A stretch of 63,166 nucleotides of DNA, filler included, from Sphacelaria rigidula (lineage: Eukaryota), in the NCBI GenBank assembly GCA_964200075.2. It is 11 parts of 11 records of this genome, joined end to end, with 100 filler letters (N's around TTAATTAATTAA, not from the genome) between each part and the next. Parts side by side here need not be neighbours in the genome. Positions count along the whole stretch, not along the records: positions 23,009 to 28,660 come from CAXNAA020025551.1; positions 28,761 to 34,411 come from CAXNAA020025552.1; positions 34,512 to 40,162 come from CAXNAA020025553.1; 8 more parts are not named here. One strand, written 5' to 3'. Below, piece by piece: positions 24,980 to 37,600 of the stretch. The translations under genes and the position numbers were made by a program. The notes below the pieces were generated by a model. It was not told where the DNA came from, searched no databases, and worked only from the letters and a program-made list of their open reading frames with translations. Each line of letters starts with the position of its first letter. The stretch's first letter is position 1.

Positions 24980-25490
24980 GGTCACCCCGGTGGCTCAGTT
25001 GGTAACCTCGAAACCTTCTGACGGTTGGGTCGTGGNNNNNNNNNNCGTGGGTTGAAATCTCGGAGCGATCTGGGATTTTTTCTCACACCACGCCAAACAG
25101 TGGAGAGCGACTATGTCATGGGTACACAAAATTCGACTTGACCCTTTTGGAACCCATTGTCAATTTTTGTTTTTTGTGAATCGGCATCATTTTGACTTGA
25201 AAATGACTGAAAATCATGCCGATCCATACAAACAAAATTCGTCAACGGGTTCCAAAAGGGTTGACGATCGACGAGGGAAAGAAGAACTTCTGGACTCCTC
25301 TCGCGATGAAAAGTAAAAGGCAAGCACCGCAGAAGGAAGGTGGGATACTAAAAAACAAACAAGGAAGAAAAATCTCCTGTGTTGATCTTCCTCCTGTGTG
25401 ACCCCGGCTGGTGCCCCCACATATACCGAGAGGTGTACACCGGCGTCCAGAATAGATGGGACGACAACACACAACACAACAACACATACA
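24980..25490 (+). mobile_element. tRNA-derived SINE (family C) with (CA)-rich tail, interrupted by a 119-bp MITE
   Basis: Same head and body as the other copies. Ends GGGACGACAACACACAACACAAC. Confidence 0.75.
25142..25260. mobile_element. 119-bp MITE with CCC..GGG ends and TTGA duplication (piggyBac-like)
   Basis: CCCTTTTGGAACCC...GGGTTCCAAAAGGG, flanked by TTGA on both sides. Uninterrupted SINE copies carry a single CGACTTGACGG. A related copy lies at ~3810-3955. Confidence 0.75.
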
Positions 25491-25496
25491 CTCTAC

Positions 25497-25975
25497 ACAC
25501 GTGACACATAGGAAAAAACGTAACTTTGAGTCATTTAACGCTACGTAAGGTTTGAGTTTTTCGTCCTCCACAAATGTAACGTAACGTGATATAGCGTAAC
25601 GTGTGGTGTTTGAAGCAGTGTCTCTTGGAATTTTCGGAATTTTCCAGACGTGACAAAAAAAATCGTTTTGAGGAATTTGTAACGTGATACACGTGACACG
25701 TTACAATTCACCAAAACAGATCAGGGTTTTCGTCACATTTGGAAAGTAAAACGCTCACGTGAGGGTTCATTCGAAGCACCACACCATACTTTAGACAATA
25801 GATTCCATACTGTACGCAGTACATTTTTTTACCGTGTATTCTATTGTCCAGGGTATGCACCACACGTTACTACTGACATCACGTTATCTTACATTTGTTT
25901 GTCCCGTCCAAAAAATCAGACCTCACGTAGCGTTAACTTAGACCCGAAGTTACGTTTTTTCGAATGTGTCACGTC
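25497..25975. mobile_element. MITE with ~110-bp imperfect TIRs
   Basis: ACGTGACACAT..GAAAAAACGTAACTT... / ...AAGTTACGTTTTTTCGAATGTGTCACGT. Confidence 0.65.
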
Positions 25976-26388
25976 ACAGTGTCCCGTGAAACGTGTATAC
26001 CCGTGCAAATTTTGCGCAATTCCGCGTGCGTGCCAGCGGTGCGCGTACCATACCTTGGGTGCAGTGCTACTCTGGAAACAAACCCAGTCCAAGGATTGAT
26101 CGATTTCGCACGGGACGGTACGAATCAACTGCGCCCAAGAGCAAGGAATCCGACTCTTGAAAAAAATGATGAAATTTACCACTTGGTCGATGACGAAATT
26201 TCTCGCAAACATATTTGTTCAAATAACGCTAACCCTAACCCCAACCCTAACCCAAGGCATACCGAGAACCCTCGGGCGAGGGGGGGTGTGAAGTATTCCC
26301 TAGGCAAAGTATGGCGTTGGCAACCCTCGGAACGGCGCCGCACGAGGGACAGTTGGGGCTGTCAGCCCCGCCAAAGATCCGAATATCG

Positions 26389-26664
26389 GTGTTTACACTC
26401 AAATCAAGTAAGAAGATTCCGGGAAGGTTCTAATCGACCAAGCGGTGTTTACACTCAAATCAACTCATAGAATTTCGGGAAGGTTCTAATCGAACAAGTG
26501 TTTACACTCAAATCAAATAATAAGATTCCGGGAAGGTTCTCATTGACCAAGCGGTGTTTACACTCAAATCAAGTAATAAAGTTCTGGGAAGGTTATAATT
26601 GACCAGGGGGTAGTTACACTCAAATCAAGTAACAAAATTCCGGAAAGGTTCTAATCGACCTTGT
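26389..26664 (+). repeat. Minisatellite, 5 x ~56 bp, at the end of a dispersed repeat
   Basis: Unit GTGTTTACACTCAAATCAAGTAA.AA.ATTCCGGGAAGGTTCTAATCGACCAAGCG. A version of the same element with one partial unit lies at ~24478-24640. Confidence 0.85.
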
Positions 26665-27392
26665 GGTAAACACTACTGATGACGGACTACAATAGGGTGA
26701 CTCGAGTGATTCGAGTCATACCGAAAAACCAGCCCAGCGTACTGTACTGTTGTGACAGCGACGGGACCTCGACGGACACTTTGTAGGTGTCCCGTCGCTT
26801 TTTCTTCCTTTTTTTTGAGAGTTGTGGTTGGTATCCACATCATAACTATGTCGGTCCGAGGGCCCACGAGACAGACTCGGAGGGGTCATGTACGTGAAAA
26901 ATTGAGATGAGACGACCCGGCGTTGTAGTGGCGGTGAACATCCGTCGCTCAGGGTGACACAGAGCAGTGCAACGCAGTGCCGTGTTTTTCAATCCTATTT
27001 CGACTGCTCCGTCTCGAAAGGGATGCGCGGCCAATGGCCAAATGACCAGGTTAAGCAACGAATGAGTATGCCCCCCCCCCCTTCCCCCTCCCCCCTCCAC
27101 TCATTGGACTCAACCAGAACAAGACCCGCGGTACCAAACATAGTCCTTGCTACAGAGCACAGAAGGAGGTGTACACACAGACAACAAAGCACTAGAGCCG
27201 TGTGCGCCGGCGGAGGTACACAAGATCCCACTACGCCAACCGCACTGCCCATCACTAGCAAGGATCGCTGCTGTTGCCCAGCTCGGAACGTCTTCTCGCG
27301 ATATTTTTGCCACAGAACCTCGGGAGTCGTGCATCTCTTCGCTCGGGCGTAACGCTTGAGTTCCGGCGTATCGAGCTCGGATCTCTCCAAGG

Positions 27393-28175
27393 AACACGGG
27401 ATTTCTCATATTGGGGATGGATTATCATTGGGGATGAGAACCCGGAGAATTAAAATCTTCGTACCCATGTGAGGAAGGCGTATCGCTAGAGTAGTCAGAG
27501 ACCTACGGGGGAGACTGCCGTCCGGATGCCGGAGGAACTCCGACGCTGGCGATGATTTCCTCTTGTATATGTAGGCAAGTCAGACGAGAAGTGGTCGCCA
27601 GAGGCGACCAGTTGTTCCTTGGGGGATGTTCGTCCATCCTAATATTGGGCTCTTCCTGGCATCACCCCGAGGTTGTCTAGTATCGTTGGCATTACAGGGT
27701 CCTTGGTATTCTGGCCCTTTCGGACCGTTCTTACCTTGTACCTGCTTGCGCTGTTTCTTCGTACGTGTGTGGCATCAGTCTCTGATATGTCACTGCAAAG
27801 AGGAGTCTTCCATATCCACACCAAATCTTCGAAATATGCTTCCATTTCTTCACGTGCCGGTAGCTATTGACAACTACTACATGCCATGAAAAATTAGGTT
27901 TCGATAACCGAAATGTTGGGGTCCTAGGTGAATAACCAATGTTGGTAAATTTCGTTGATCCGATCGGACCCCAAAATTGGTTCTTCACCTAGGACCCCAG
28001 AATTTCGATTATCGAACTCCAAGTTCGTATGGCGTGTAGTGGTTGTCAACAGCTACCAGCAAGTGAACAAATGGAACCACATTTCGAAGATTTGGTGTGA
28101 ATACGAAGATTTTAGTTCTCCGGGTTCTCATCCCCAATAAAAAAAATCCATCCTCAATTTGTAAAATCACGTGTT
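27393..28175. mobile_element. Foldback TIR element with candidate 4-bp TSD (AAGG)
   Basis: AACACGGGATTT...GGGGATGAGAACCCGGAGAA mirrors TTCTCCGGGTTCTCATCCCCAAT...AATCACGTGTT. The inner arms 27813-27945 and 27970-28105 also mirror each other. Confidence 0.75.
27468..27812. mobile_element. Probable solo LTR (345 bp) nested in the foldback element
   Basis: TG...CA termini, flanked by TACCCA/TATCCA. Absent from the opposite arm, which has a single TATTCA. Confidence 0.65.
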
Positions 28176-29477
28176 AAGGGCATGTACCACTTTGCAAAAT
28201 CACGTGCTTCGGCCGATTCTTCACGGAAGGAAGAGAAGAAATTGAGGGTATGTGAGTGAGATTGTGAGCATGAGATTGTGAGAGTGAGGGAGGGGGGGGC
28301 GTACTCATTTTGTTGCGTACCTTATTCGTTTGACCATTGACCACACGTCCCTTTCGAGACTTTGCGTCGTTGCTACTCCTACCAGAGACACCTCCAACAT
28401 ATTTCGGTGCCCACTACGTTTCTTCCATACACTACACAAAAAAACTTTTACATAGGTACGTATCTCATCCCCGTCCTGTTTCGCCGTCTGTGGCCAGAGA
28501 GCTAGGGACTGGTTCTTGCGGTTTTGGTGATGTTGTTACTTTTCGTCATTCCGATTGGTTGAGAGCTGATGAGGAAGCAATCGGAAGAACAAAGAAAAAG
28601 GGCTGTACTCATGATCATGCATGCCATAGTCATCAGACCATTGACCTCGCATCCCAACATNNNNNNNNNNNNNNNNNNNNNNNNNNNNNNNNNNNNNNNN
28701 NNNNTTAATTAATTAANNNNNNNNNNNNNNNNNNNNNNNNNNNNNNNNNNNNNNNNNNNNATTTAGCGAAATTACTACTAAGACTGTGAGAGTGTGACAT
28801 CTGTGTAATCGATGTCAGAAGGCTTTTTTTTTTTTTTCATAACTCCGGCTTCATCTGGAACTTATCCGACTTTACCAGAAAAAAAACGGCGGGAACAAAA
28901 AAGACAACGCTATACGTGAATTCTCCGAGTAATATGTCGTCAGTCCATCCTTGATCTATTCGTTGATCGGTTGGCAAATCTGCTGTCACAATTATCGGGA
29001 AGCATTCTTTCGTACAAGTCCGAAGATCTGGAGAAACAGCTCCGTTAATACAATCACCGACCCTTGGAAAATAATGCCAAGAATATGAGGCTGAGGTCGT
29101 GCCTTGTCAAATTGTTTTCGACTCGAAAACGCACGGTGGAATCGAATTTATGCGTACCCGACACGTGCACCGCATTCATGTTCTCAACCATCTGAAAAAT
29201 TAACAGCGTGGACGAATCAGAAACGAGCGAATTCGACTCACATGGCCTGAGATCGCCACTTAGGATGAGAATGGGGTTACACGGATCCTAAACTAAGTTC
29301 TTCATAATAACCTACGTGCTCGACAGTTGTGGTGACGAACTAAGGAAGTGGGCCTGGAGCAAATGTCGTACACGTCGGACAGCATACGAGCTATCTGAAC
29401 ATTACTTCTTATGAGTCGACTCATCTCGATCATGAGCTAGATATTTAACCCATTTTCTCCATGTCTTCTCCGTGCAG

Positions 29478-29510
29478 CGGTGGACGCCGAGCACGCGGAG
29501 TTGCGCCAAG
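29478..29510 (+). CDS. Possible small upstream exon of the Cys-rich repeat protein
   Basis: Pyrimidine tract, cag|RWTPSTRSCAK|gtagcg. Phase 0/0. Confidence 0.3.
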
Positions 29511-30601
29511 GTAGCGCTTCGGTTTCTCGGACCCCCCTGTCGCGCAGTCTGTGTTTTTGGACAAGGGATCTTCGAGTCCTGTTTGATCAGATATTCAAGT
29601 AGCTCATGAGCTGTCCGACGTATGATATGTTGCCTCCTCTCATTTGTGGACCATAACTGTAAAGTTTCTTCTAATTACAGCCTTGGGGTCCTCCACGAAA
29701 TCGTGATACACGATCATATACCATCAAGTTTGCGTTGACCTTCTAATGCTCAACTTGCGGGAACAGCGTTGTCCGTCTGAACTGAGGCGGTTACTTTCGT
29801 GACATAGCTGGCCATCTCTCAATAGGGGTGTAGGTGGATACGCAGATTTGGTAGAGCTGCGTTTCTCATGCACCCTCGAGTTAAGGTCAACTACATAACT
29901 TCTCTGCGTCGTGTATGCTTTTTTGCAGTATATATCCCGTGGAGTGGACGGGCGCCTCGGGGGACGCGCGATTCGAGATCGACCTGACTTACTGCGGCTC
30001 CTACTCCTTCTGTTTTGATGTGAGTACGGTACACTACTTCCGAAATATCGTGCCATGATCGCTCATGTACTCCTTCTCCCATCTTGAGCTATATAATGCA
30101 CTCGTGGTTGGTCACACGACAGAAGAATCGCAATCCGACCGCTGCAGACGCCCGGAACCGTATACCAACAGTGTTGATCCGGGACCCGGATCATGTCCGA
30201 CCGTTCACGTGTCGGGATTCCTTGGGCGGTACGAAAGAGTCGAATACTTGTCTTGACGGACTGAAATGAGTGTATGTACCTACCGTCTACTGACAGCAAA
30301 AGCGACACGCGGAAGCCGATCGTCTCTCCACTCCTCTCTTTCCTATATACCTTACGATGCCCACACACCCGTTGTTGCCGGAGACTCCGCCCTGACGAAG
30401 GAAGGCACTCCGCCACCACTCCGCCGTCCCCCTCCCCCACCCGTCCCGCTCCACCCGGAAGTCGAATGATGCTGATTCACGTCGTTGGGTCTCCTTCAAT
30501 ATAATTTCCAATCAAAATGCATGTATGATGAACGGTTGACCGAACATGAATCGGATAGCGCTTTCGTCGCTCCCGTGAACGTCGTCCCTGCTTGTGCACA
30601 G

Positions 30602-30910
30602 GACAACTGCGGCTTTCTCTTGGAAAGTTTGTGCCCAGATGAGGAGGCAGGATGCGCCCAGGACGCGGATGGTGGCTACGGTGTGATGATGCCAGAGCCG
30701 CTGGGAGGAGAATCGGGCGGTGGCTACAGGGTGCGAATCGCCGAAATTGGGGGCGGCGTGGATTCGGTACGGTGCTCAGACGACTTTTTCTTGATGGCAT
30801 CCACGGATGTTCCGATGACCGGCCAAGTGGGCGGGCCTGGGCCTAGCTTGGCTGTGACATCTCCAACGGGGGACTCGGTGGCACTGTCCGGGGAGGAGTA
30901 CACTGTCGAG
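30602..30910 (+). CDS. Cys-rich repeat protein (Kre9/Knh1-like Ig-fold units), exon a
   Basis: cag|DNCGFLLESLCPDEEAGCAQDADGGYGVMMPEPLGGESGGGYRVRIAE...RCSDDFFL...LAVTSPTGDSVALSGEEYTVE|gt, 103 codons. Confidence 0.85.
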
Positions 30911-31551
30911 GTGGGCAATTTTCGAAGAGTCAAAAGCAAAGCCATTAAACCACCACCTGAGGCCACAGAAACAAAATCGCAAGGTAACACTGCGGGCCGT
31001 GTCTCTTTTGAGCTACAGACCACAGAGGAACGGGTCACCTATCTTCCATTTGCATCCGGGCTAGAAATTGTGGTGAGAAGCGTGGGCAGGGAGCATCTAT
31101 TTTCACATGGGAATCATGCCACGGTAGGGGTGTTATCATATTTTGATATTTTGCCTATTTTATGAACGAGATGAATGGCTCCTACAAATTGGAACCACAG
31201 AAATACCTTGTGCACCCCTATAGTGACATTAGTCATGGGAGTATCCTATGAATAATTTAGCACAAGACTAGTCCAGAGTGAATTCTACACATTTTTACAG
31301 TAGCTGTCGGTGAATGCATGTAGCGTGATAATATATGTCATGGTCTGCGCTTTCCGTGTAAGATTACGCAACACAGAAGTATTTACACATATTGTTGGCC
31401 CAGTCCCAGGTGGTGGTGTGTTCATTGTGCTCGGTACGGCCATGTGCTCCCAGTCTCCCTTGATCCTGTCTTTTGTTGCGTATTTCCCGATACCTTTGAT
31501 GAGCACACCCTCCCATCCCTTCCCATCCCTCGGCCTTGTGCTGTGGTTCAG

Positions 31552-31687
31552 TTTGACTATGACAACGGGTTCGGCGGTACGGTTGGACGCTTCAAGATCG
31601 ACCTGTACGCCAGCGGCGGGAACGGCGATTGCGGAAATTGGGTTGGTTCTGTGTGCGACAAACCAGACAAGGGCTGCAAAGATTCAA
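31552..31687 (+). CDS. Cys-rich repeat protein, exon b
   Basis: cag|FDYDNGFGGTVGRFKIDLYASGGNGDCGNWVGSVCDKPDKGCKDS|gtgagt. Confidence 0.85.
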
Positions 31688-32034
31688 GTGAGTAGCAAAC
31701 ATAGTCGTGCCTTTGTCCTGCTTTGAACGAACAAAATGATGTTGACGCAGCTCGGAGCATGATGCTATTTGAGTCCGATACCATCGGGCCACAGTAGACT
31801 AACCCCGTCGTGATCAGCACATGAGCACTTGGAAACGCCGTTCCAGTCGTAATCAAAGGACGCGACAAGGACTCAACAATCGTGGCTTGCTTCTACAGTC
31901 GACTGCGGAGCGCTATCCATCCGTGACCATTGTCGTGAAATGCACCACGTCCTGAACGCCTCTACTCCCGATCGCCCCTCGTCGCCCCGTCTCCCCTTTC
32001 CTGTGTCGGCTCCTTTCGCTCCTCTTCCGAGCAG

Positions 32035-32195
32035 CTGGCAACTACGACATTGTGATGCCGACCGTAGAGCAAGCTGGCATGTACAGTATTCGCGTGGGTG
32101 TGTTCGGCGATGACTCCGTCTACGCTTGCTCTGAGGAGTTCGAAGTGTTCCCTTCGAGCAATAGCATGCCGTCATCGAGCGGTGTGGGGTGGTAG
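32035..32195 (+). CDS. Cys-rich repeat protein, last exon
   Basis: cag|(T)GNYDIVMPTVEQAGMYSIRVGVFGDDSVYACSEEFEVFPSSNSMPSSSGVGW*. Completes the second repeat unit. Confidence 0.85.
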
Positions 32196-32404
32196 ACGAT
32201 TTTGTATATATTTATATATTTTCAAGTGTTCGTGCTGAATCAGTGGTGACACGGTACCCCAAAGTTGTTGATGGTGACCGTTAGTCGTCTGGGGCGAGAG
32301 CGCCTACCTAGTGCCATCAGTGGATCTTGGGGACTGGAACAGCACACAGCACGACAGCACGATGAGTGCTGGCCAGCACTGTTCTATGTCGTTTCTGCGT
32401 GTGC

Positions 32405-32720
32405 TTGCTCTCCGAGCAACCAGCAACGACGACATCGCGATGCCGAACGTAGGGAAGCTGGCATGTACAGGATTCGTATGGGTGTGTCCGGCGATGGCTC
32501 CCTAATGGTCCGCTGTGAGGTGTTGGACTTGTTGCCTTTGCTAACCATCGAGCGACGTCAGTAGGGAGACGATATTGCTGTCTTTGTGTTGGTTGTTTTT
32601 TGTGTTTTGAGTCAGTGAGAGCGCGGTTCGTCTACCGTGTTGACGGCGACCGTTGATCTTCTGGGGCGAGAGTACCTACCTAGTCGTGCAGGTGGAGTCT
32701 GTAGACCGGTACTACACCTG
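32405..32720 (+). pseudogene. Degenerate tandem copy of the last exon and 3' flank
   Basis: TCCGAGCAAC...CGACATCGCGATGCCGA...AAGCTGGCATGTACAGGATTCGTATGGGTGTGTCCGGCGATG parallels 32025-32120. The acceptor AG is lost. Confidence 0.7.
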
Positions 32721-35021
32721 TGATAGATGAGTGCCAGCGTGTGTGGGTAGGTTATATCGGTATCCGGGGATTGCGTTCGCCGTGGTTCACGATAGTGTAG
32801 CAGTGCGCGTGAACGGAACGCACTACTCCAAGCGTAACGGTCCCGCTTTATTTGGCGTGGATGCGTTGTGTTCCGCGCAAATTCACCACGGTGAGGAAGT
32901 GATGTGTTGTGTTTTTGGTGTGTGTGTTGTCCTGATGCTAGGGTCACAAAGGGGTGTGCTGTTGGTGTGCATACACAGGGTAGAAGCCCTTGGGCGATGA
33001 TGGTTTCATGACGGGAAACTCTTGGGTTTTCAAGGGAGGGAGGGTAAGGTTTCCATGTAGAAATTGCCAAGTGCGTGTGGAGTTCGGTATCCGGAGTGGT
33101 TTTTGCTGAGAGTCTAATGTTCGAGGAGCTAATCAGCAAGTTAGTTAATAAAGAATGGTTTTACATTGTTTCAAGACGTCTCGTCACTAATGTTCAAGGA
33201 GCCGAGCTGTTGATCAGAAAGTGAACAAAGAACGGTTTTGTATTAATTCAAGACGTCTCGTCACCTGCCGGTGCAAAAGAGCATTGCTGCAAGTCCCGTG
33301 GAGTTCACTGTTGTGCTGGCGACAAGCACATGGTGAAGCAACGACAACTCGTTGAGCCTAACCCCAACTACAGTCTTGCGAATGGTCACTCATCTATGCG
33401 GTCGAGGGCTCTGGCATTTGATATGCCAGATGCATTATCTTCCACTATCTTGGAAGCGAGGGATACAGCCGTAACCGGCCCGATCCTAACACCTCGTTGC
33501 ACCGGGCGTGTGATGACAACATGAGATGCGAATGATCGAAGACACGATGGTGCCCATGAGCACCCGTCTCGTCGAGTTGTTTTCTTGTATAGATATATCT
33601 TCGAAAAAACAAGTCAGGTTTAGTCGCCGTGGCAGTGAGAAAAAGTTGCGATACGACATTATCTCTGGCCTGTGCCCCAAGTCACGGGCTGGAAAATAGG
33701 AGCAAACCACTTGTGCAAGCTTGAAGTCACGTAAAAATATATTCCGCGGCCAATTTTGAACGAGATACGGGCTCACCGGTCGTTGAGGGTCTTACGAGTG
33801 TACAGTCCCTAGTTCTAACTCTTTTCCTTTTCGCTCGACCGAACCGATCCAGATCGCTACAGTGAACAAATGGCTCGCCCCCTAGCGGTATGGCTTCAGT
33901 TAAGGACATCGTTGAAGGTCAAACGAATCAAACCGGGGAAAAATTCAACAACCGAGATAAAACAAGAGGGGTATGCTGAGAAGGCCCCGCGTTGCCCCCG
34001 CTTCTCCCGCCCATCCCTAGTCAGGTGTGGAAAGAGTCACCCCCTCGACTATCTCGATCTCTGCATTTGTCGATGTCCTGAAATCCTCCATTCCTTCGCC
34101 ACATCTTTCACGCTTTTGATCTCACCTGTTGCGGGATCTGAACATACATATGTTAGGATTAAACTGTATGTAGTACCCTGAACGTGTCGCAGGGGCAGGC
34201 GCCACAGCTGCTAAGCTGATCGGGAGAAGGATGTAAACACAAAGTTCGGAGCTTGTATTGATGGTTCCCAAGAACGTGGAGAGAAGAGTAAACAAGGACG
34301 TGACCATCTACAGATCTACAGTACCATCACTCTGACGGTTACAAACAGGGTTGCCAGAAAAATAAAACGTATTTTGAAATGAGAATCAACCGCTCCCCGG
34401 GATCGTGTCCANNNNNNNNNNNNNNNNNNNNNNNNNNNNNNNNNNNNNNNNNNNNTTAATTAATTAANNNNNNNNNNNNNNNNNNNNNNNNNNNNNNNNN
34501 NNNNNNNNNNNAGAACTGTTTATTAATAATTTTACCAACACGTCGTGAACGTGGTGTTAGTGAGCTTCAGTCCCAAAAGGGTTACGCATGCTATCGTCCT
34601 GATGCTATCGTCCTGATCACAAGTGAAGGCTAGATCTCTACGCGCAAAACGAAATTAGTGGAAGGCATTCAATGCGTCAACGAGTATACCACACGCTGGT
34701 GGAACTTTGGGGGGGGGGAACTGTTGGTCACCACGAAAATCATCAGGTCTTCCGTGTGGACCAAATCCCATATTATGCAGTCATTGTCCACACGACGAAC
34801 CGAACACATCGCTTCACTGCCCTGGTTATATTTATCGTCACCAGATTTCTTTCGAGGGTAAGAGTATGTGCGGTATAGTATGACTTCCTGCGCGCATGAA
34901 GGGTGAGGAGACAAACGCGAACAAGCCAACCCAATGCTCCACCTGATACAAACCTCATAGGTATTTTCCAAGTATACGAACGCATGTGGAGCATGACGAT
35001 ACCGACGTGACCTGCTGGTAC

Positions 35022-35117
35022 CTTCCACCATATCAGCAGCGAGAAGAGATACGAAGGCGTTATCCTCAAAAGCCGGTGCAGATAAAAGAATGGTAGCCAG
35101 GAAGACACTCTCCGCAC
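35022..35117 (-). CDS. Acyltransferase-3 family, exon b
   Basis: cag|VRRVSSWLPFFYLHRLLRITPSYLFSLLIWWK|gt. FY.HR..R..P.Y hallmark, in phase with exon a. Confidence 0.88.
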
Positions 35118-36230
35118 CTGCGATATCACCCCCGCCAAAAAAAAGCAGGACAATCAGCACGGGGAAAACGGATATCCGACGACCGTGAGATTTACCGCCA
35201 GCGTAACCCGCTTGGGACCAGACCTCCGCTTCACCAGGGGTAAGGACCTGGTCTGCACGCGGGGTCCATAAGTGAATCGACATAACTTTCAGCCGTTTTC
35301 AAAATAAAGTGATGGCGATTCCCGATAGGTCCTCACCCCCGGTTAGTCCGCTTCGGTCCCAGAAGGGTTAATAAAAGACCCTGGAGAGTAAAACGAAAAA
35401 CCGCCGGTTGCTGGCGCGCAATTAAAAAAAAAAAGGGGGAAGCATTTGCGTGCATCGGCACAGAAACGATACGGTGCGAGCACAGTGACAATACAGCAGT
35501 GACACGATTACGTACAAGCGTTTGGGACAAAGAATAAAAAAATCGGAAAGAAGACGACAGCGGTGTGCCGTACCAGAACTGGAACGAAAAATGAAGTTGC
35601 GAGAGCACTTCGGTCTCCATTCCGGATACTGACAAAAAAACGTTTTCAGCGCAAGAGCTCGTTGTTCTGCATTCTCGCTTTTTCGCCGCTGAAAAAAATG
35701 CGACAACTGTTTTCGTGCTCGCCAAATGAAAACACGTGAAATCGCGAAAAAGTAGACGTTTAACGAGAAGCAAGCATATTTGTCACACTCGACGGATCTA
35801 GGGGGGGGGGCCATATATCTCAGTTCTTAGCCCCCTCACTTCCCTTCCGGGACCAAAACAAACATTTCCACATTCGTATAAAAGCAGCTAGAAAGTACCG
35901 CTGAGGCAACTGCAAGCAGCTGCAGTGATTACACATGGCAACAAGTGCACGCAGATAGTTCACGAGGCTGCCTGATCCCTTCCTAGCTCTTTTCTTGTCG
36001 ACTGTGGGGGTGACTCTGCAGACAACTCCACGCCCTCGTGTTCGTAGTAATGAATAATCACACACATTTAATTTTTTCGCCTCGCGGTCAACCCTCGTCA
36101 ACGTATCTAGTACACAACATATCCTCAATCAGACTTCAGGACAATACCCTCTTCACATGACACTTTCCACAACAGTCTAAAGCTTGAGCAAGGATTGGCA
36201 GCCTGATACTATACTTTAACCAGCCCTACC

Positions 36231-36265
<35 letters not shown>

Positions 36266-37369
36266 CCTCGCCTCCGTAACTTCTGCCCAGTGCCTCGTCT
36301 GTATCTCCACGGAACCACACCCCCCCCCNNNNNNNNNNACACTTTCCACAACCATCTAAAGCTTGAGCAAGGATTGGCAGCCTGATACTATACTTTAACC
36401 AGCCCTCCCCCCCCCCCCCCCCCTTCCCCCCCCTTGAGGGCTGATCGATATATTGACGGATCGATTGTCGCGAATTGACTGGCCAACAGCTAACCCAGCC
36501 GCGACAGTATAAGTATATGGTGGCGTTTCTCAGATATGCGCGTCTGCTCGCTTCGCGACTTCCCAGTATGCATGTTACACGATCCGAGGCGAGCAATTTC
36601 CAACACGTGTCTTCCTTGAACGACGGAGGGAACCTGACCCATCACTTACCCCGCAAGCGATTTCGTGTGTCATTACCCGGAGGCTTGGCTAGACTGCCTC
36701 ACGGCGGTCACATGGGGGTAGGCGTCCCAAGCGTTCTCGAGCTTTCAAGGGTCGAACGCATGAATGATTCGTCAATAAATCACTTGATTTTAGTGTGATT
36801 GATTCGTACGGTACGAATCAATCCTCAGGCTTTGTTTCCAGCATTGCAACCCAGGTACGCGAAGCCCAGGCACGTGGAATGGCGCAAAAAATGCAATGCG
36901 TGGAGACCTGTTTCACCAGCGGTCGACTTTTTTTTTTCCTCTCTTTCGATCAATCGGGCCTGAGAAATAGTGGATTTGGTTATGCGAACCGGCGATAATT
37001 CGTTCGAATCGTGCAAGCTTTGCTCAAGGCAGTGTGGGAATCCGGCCCACTGAAGCCCCAAATGTCAACCTGGCGCAGTGCACGCGCCGACCTACTGTCG
37101 AGCGCTTCGCCCCCAGTTTCAACACGCGTGTTGTGCCTGGGACATGACAATACCCCGCTTGGACTTTTTCGAAAATTCCGGCAGCCGAAACGCAACAGAA
37201 TACGCTGCTGGACATTACTTCGTCGGGAAAACCTTGCCCAAGTCTTGAAGGGATATCCGGGCTTTTGGCGCCAGATCTTTCTCGGAACACTGTTTTTTTA
37301 CAAATCGTCAACACCTGCCATGGCTGAGAAAAAGCGTTTTATGCTTGAAAGCACCAATCCTAACAATAT

Positions 37370-37600
37370 GTATGTGTGTGTGTTGACGTCCTATCTATTT
37401 TGGACGTCGGCCTACAACTTTCGGTATATGTGAGCGCACCAGCTGGGGTCACACAGGAGGAAGGCCAACACAGGAGTTTTTCTATATTTTTTGTTTGTTT
37501 TTTGTTCCTTACCTTCCTCGTGCGGTGCTTGCCTTTATTTTTTTCTCGCGACAGGGGTTCAGCAGTCCCTTCCCTTCGTCGACCATTAAGTCGAATTTTG
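37370..37600 (-). mobile_element. tRNA-SINE family C, 3' half
   Basis: Reverse complement of the body and the (CA) tail seen at 25270-25490. Confidence 0.7.

Noticed and set aside
26229..26253. Telomere-like (CCCTAA) repeats (also ~9985 and ~56588)
   Set aside because: Only 2-4 imperfect internal units, within dispersed repeats and not at chromosome ends.
26389..26664. CRISPR-like array (conserved GTTTACACTCAAATCAA repeats)
   Set aside because: The intervening sequences are near-identical to each other rather than unique spacers. There are no cas genes and the context is eukaryotic, so it is a minisatellite.
36160..36410. Direct repeats flanking N10 gaps (also 40920-41082 and 25031-25050)
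   Set aside because: These are most likely unmerged contig overlaps around G/C homopolymers.
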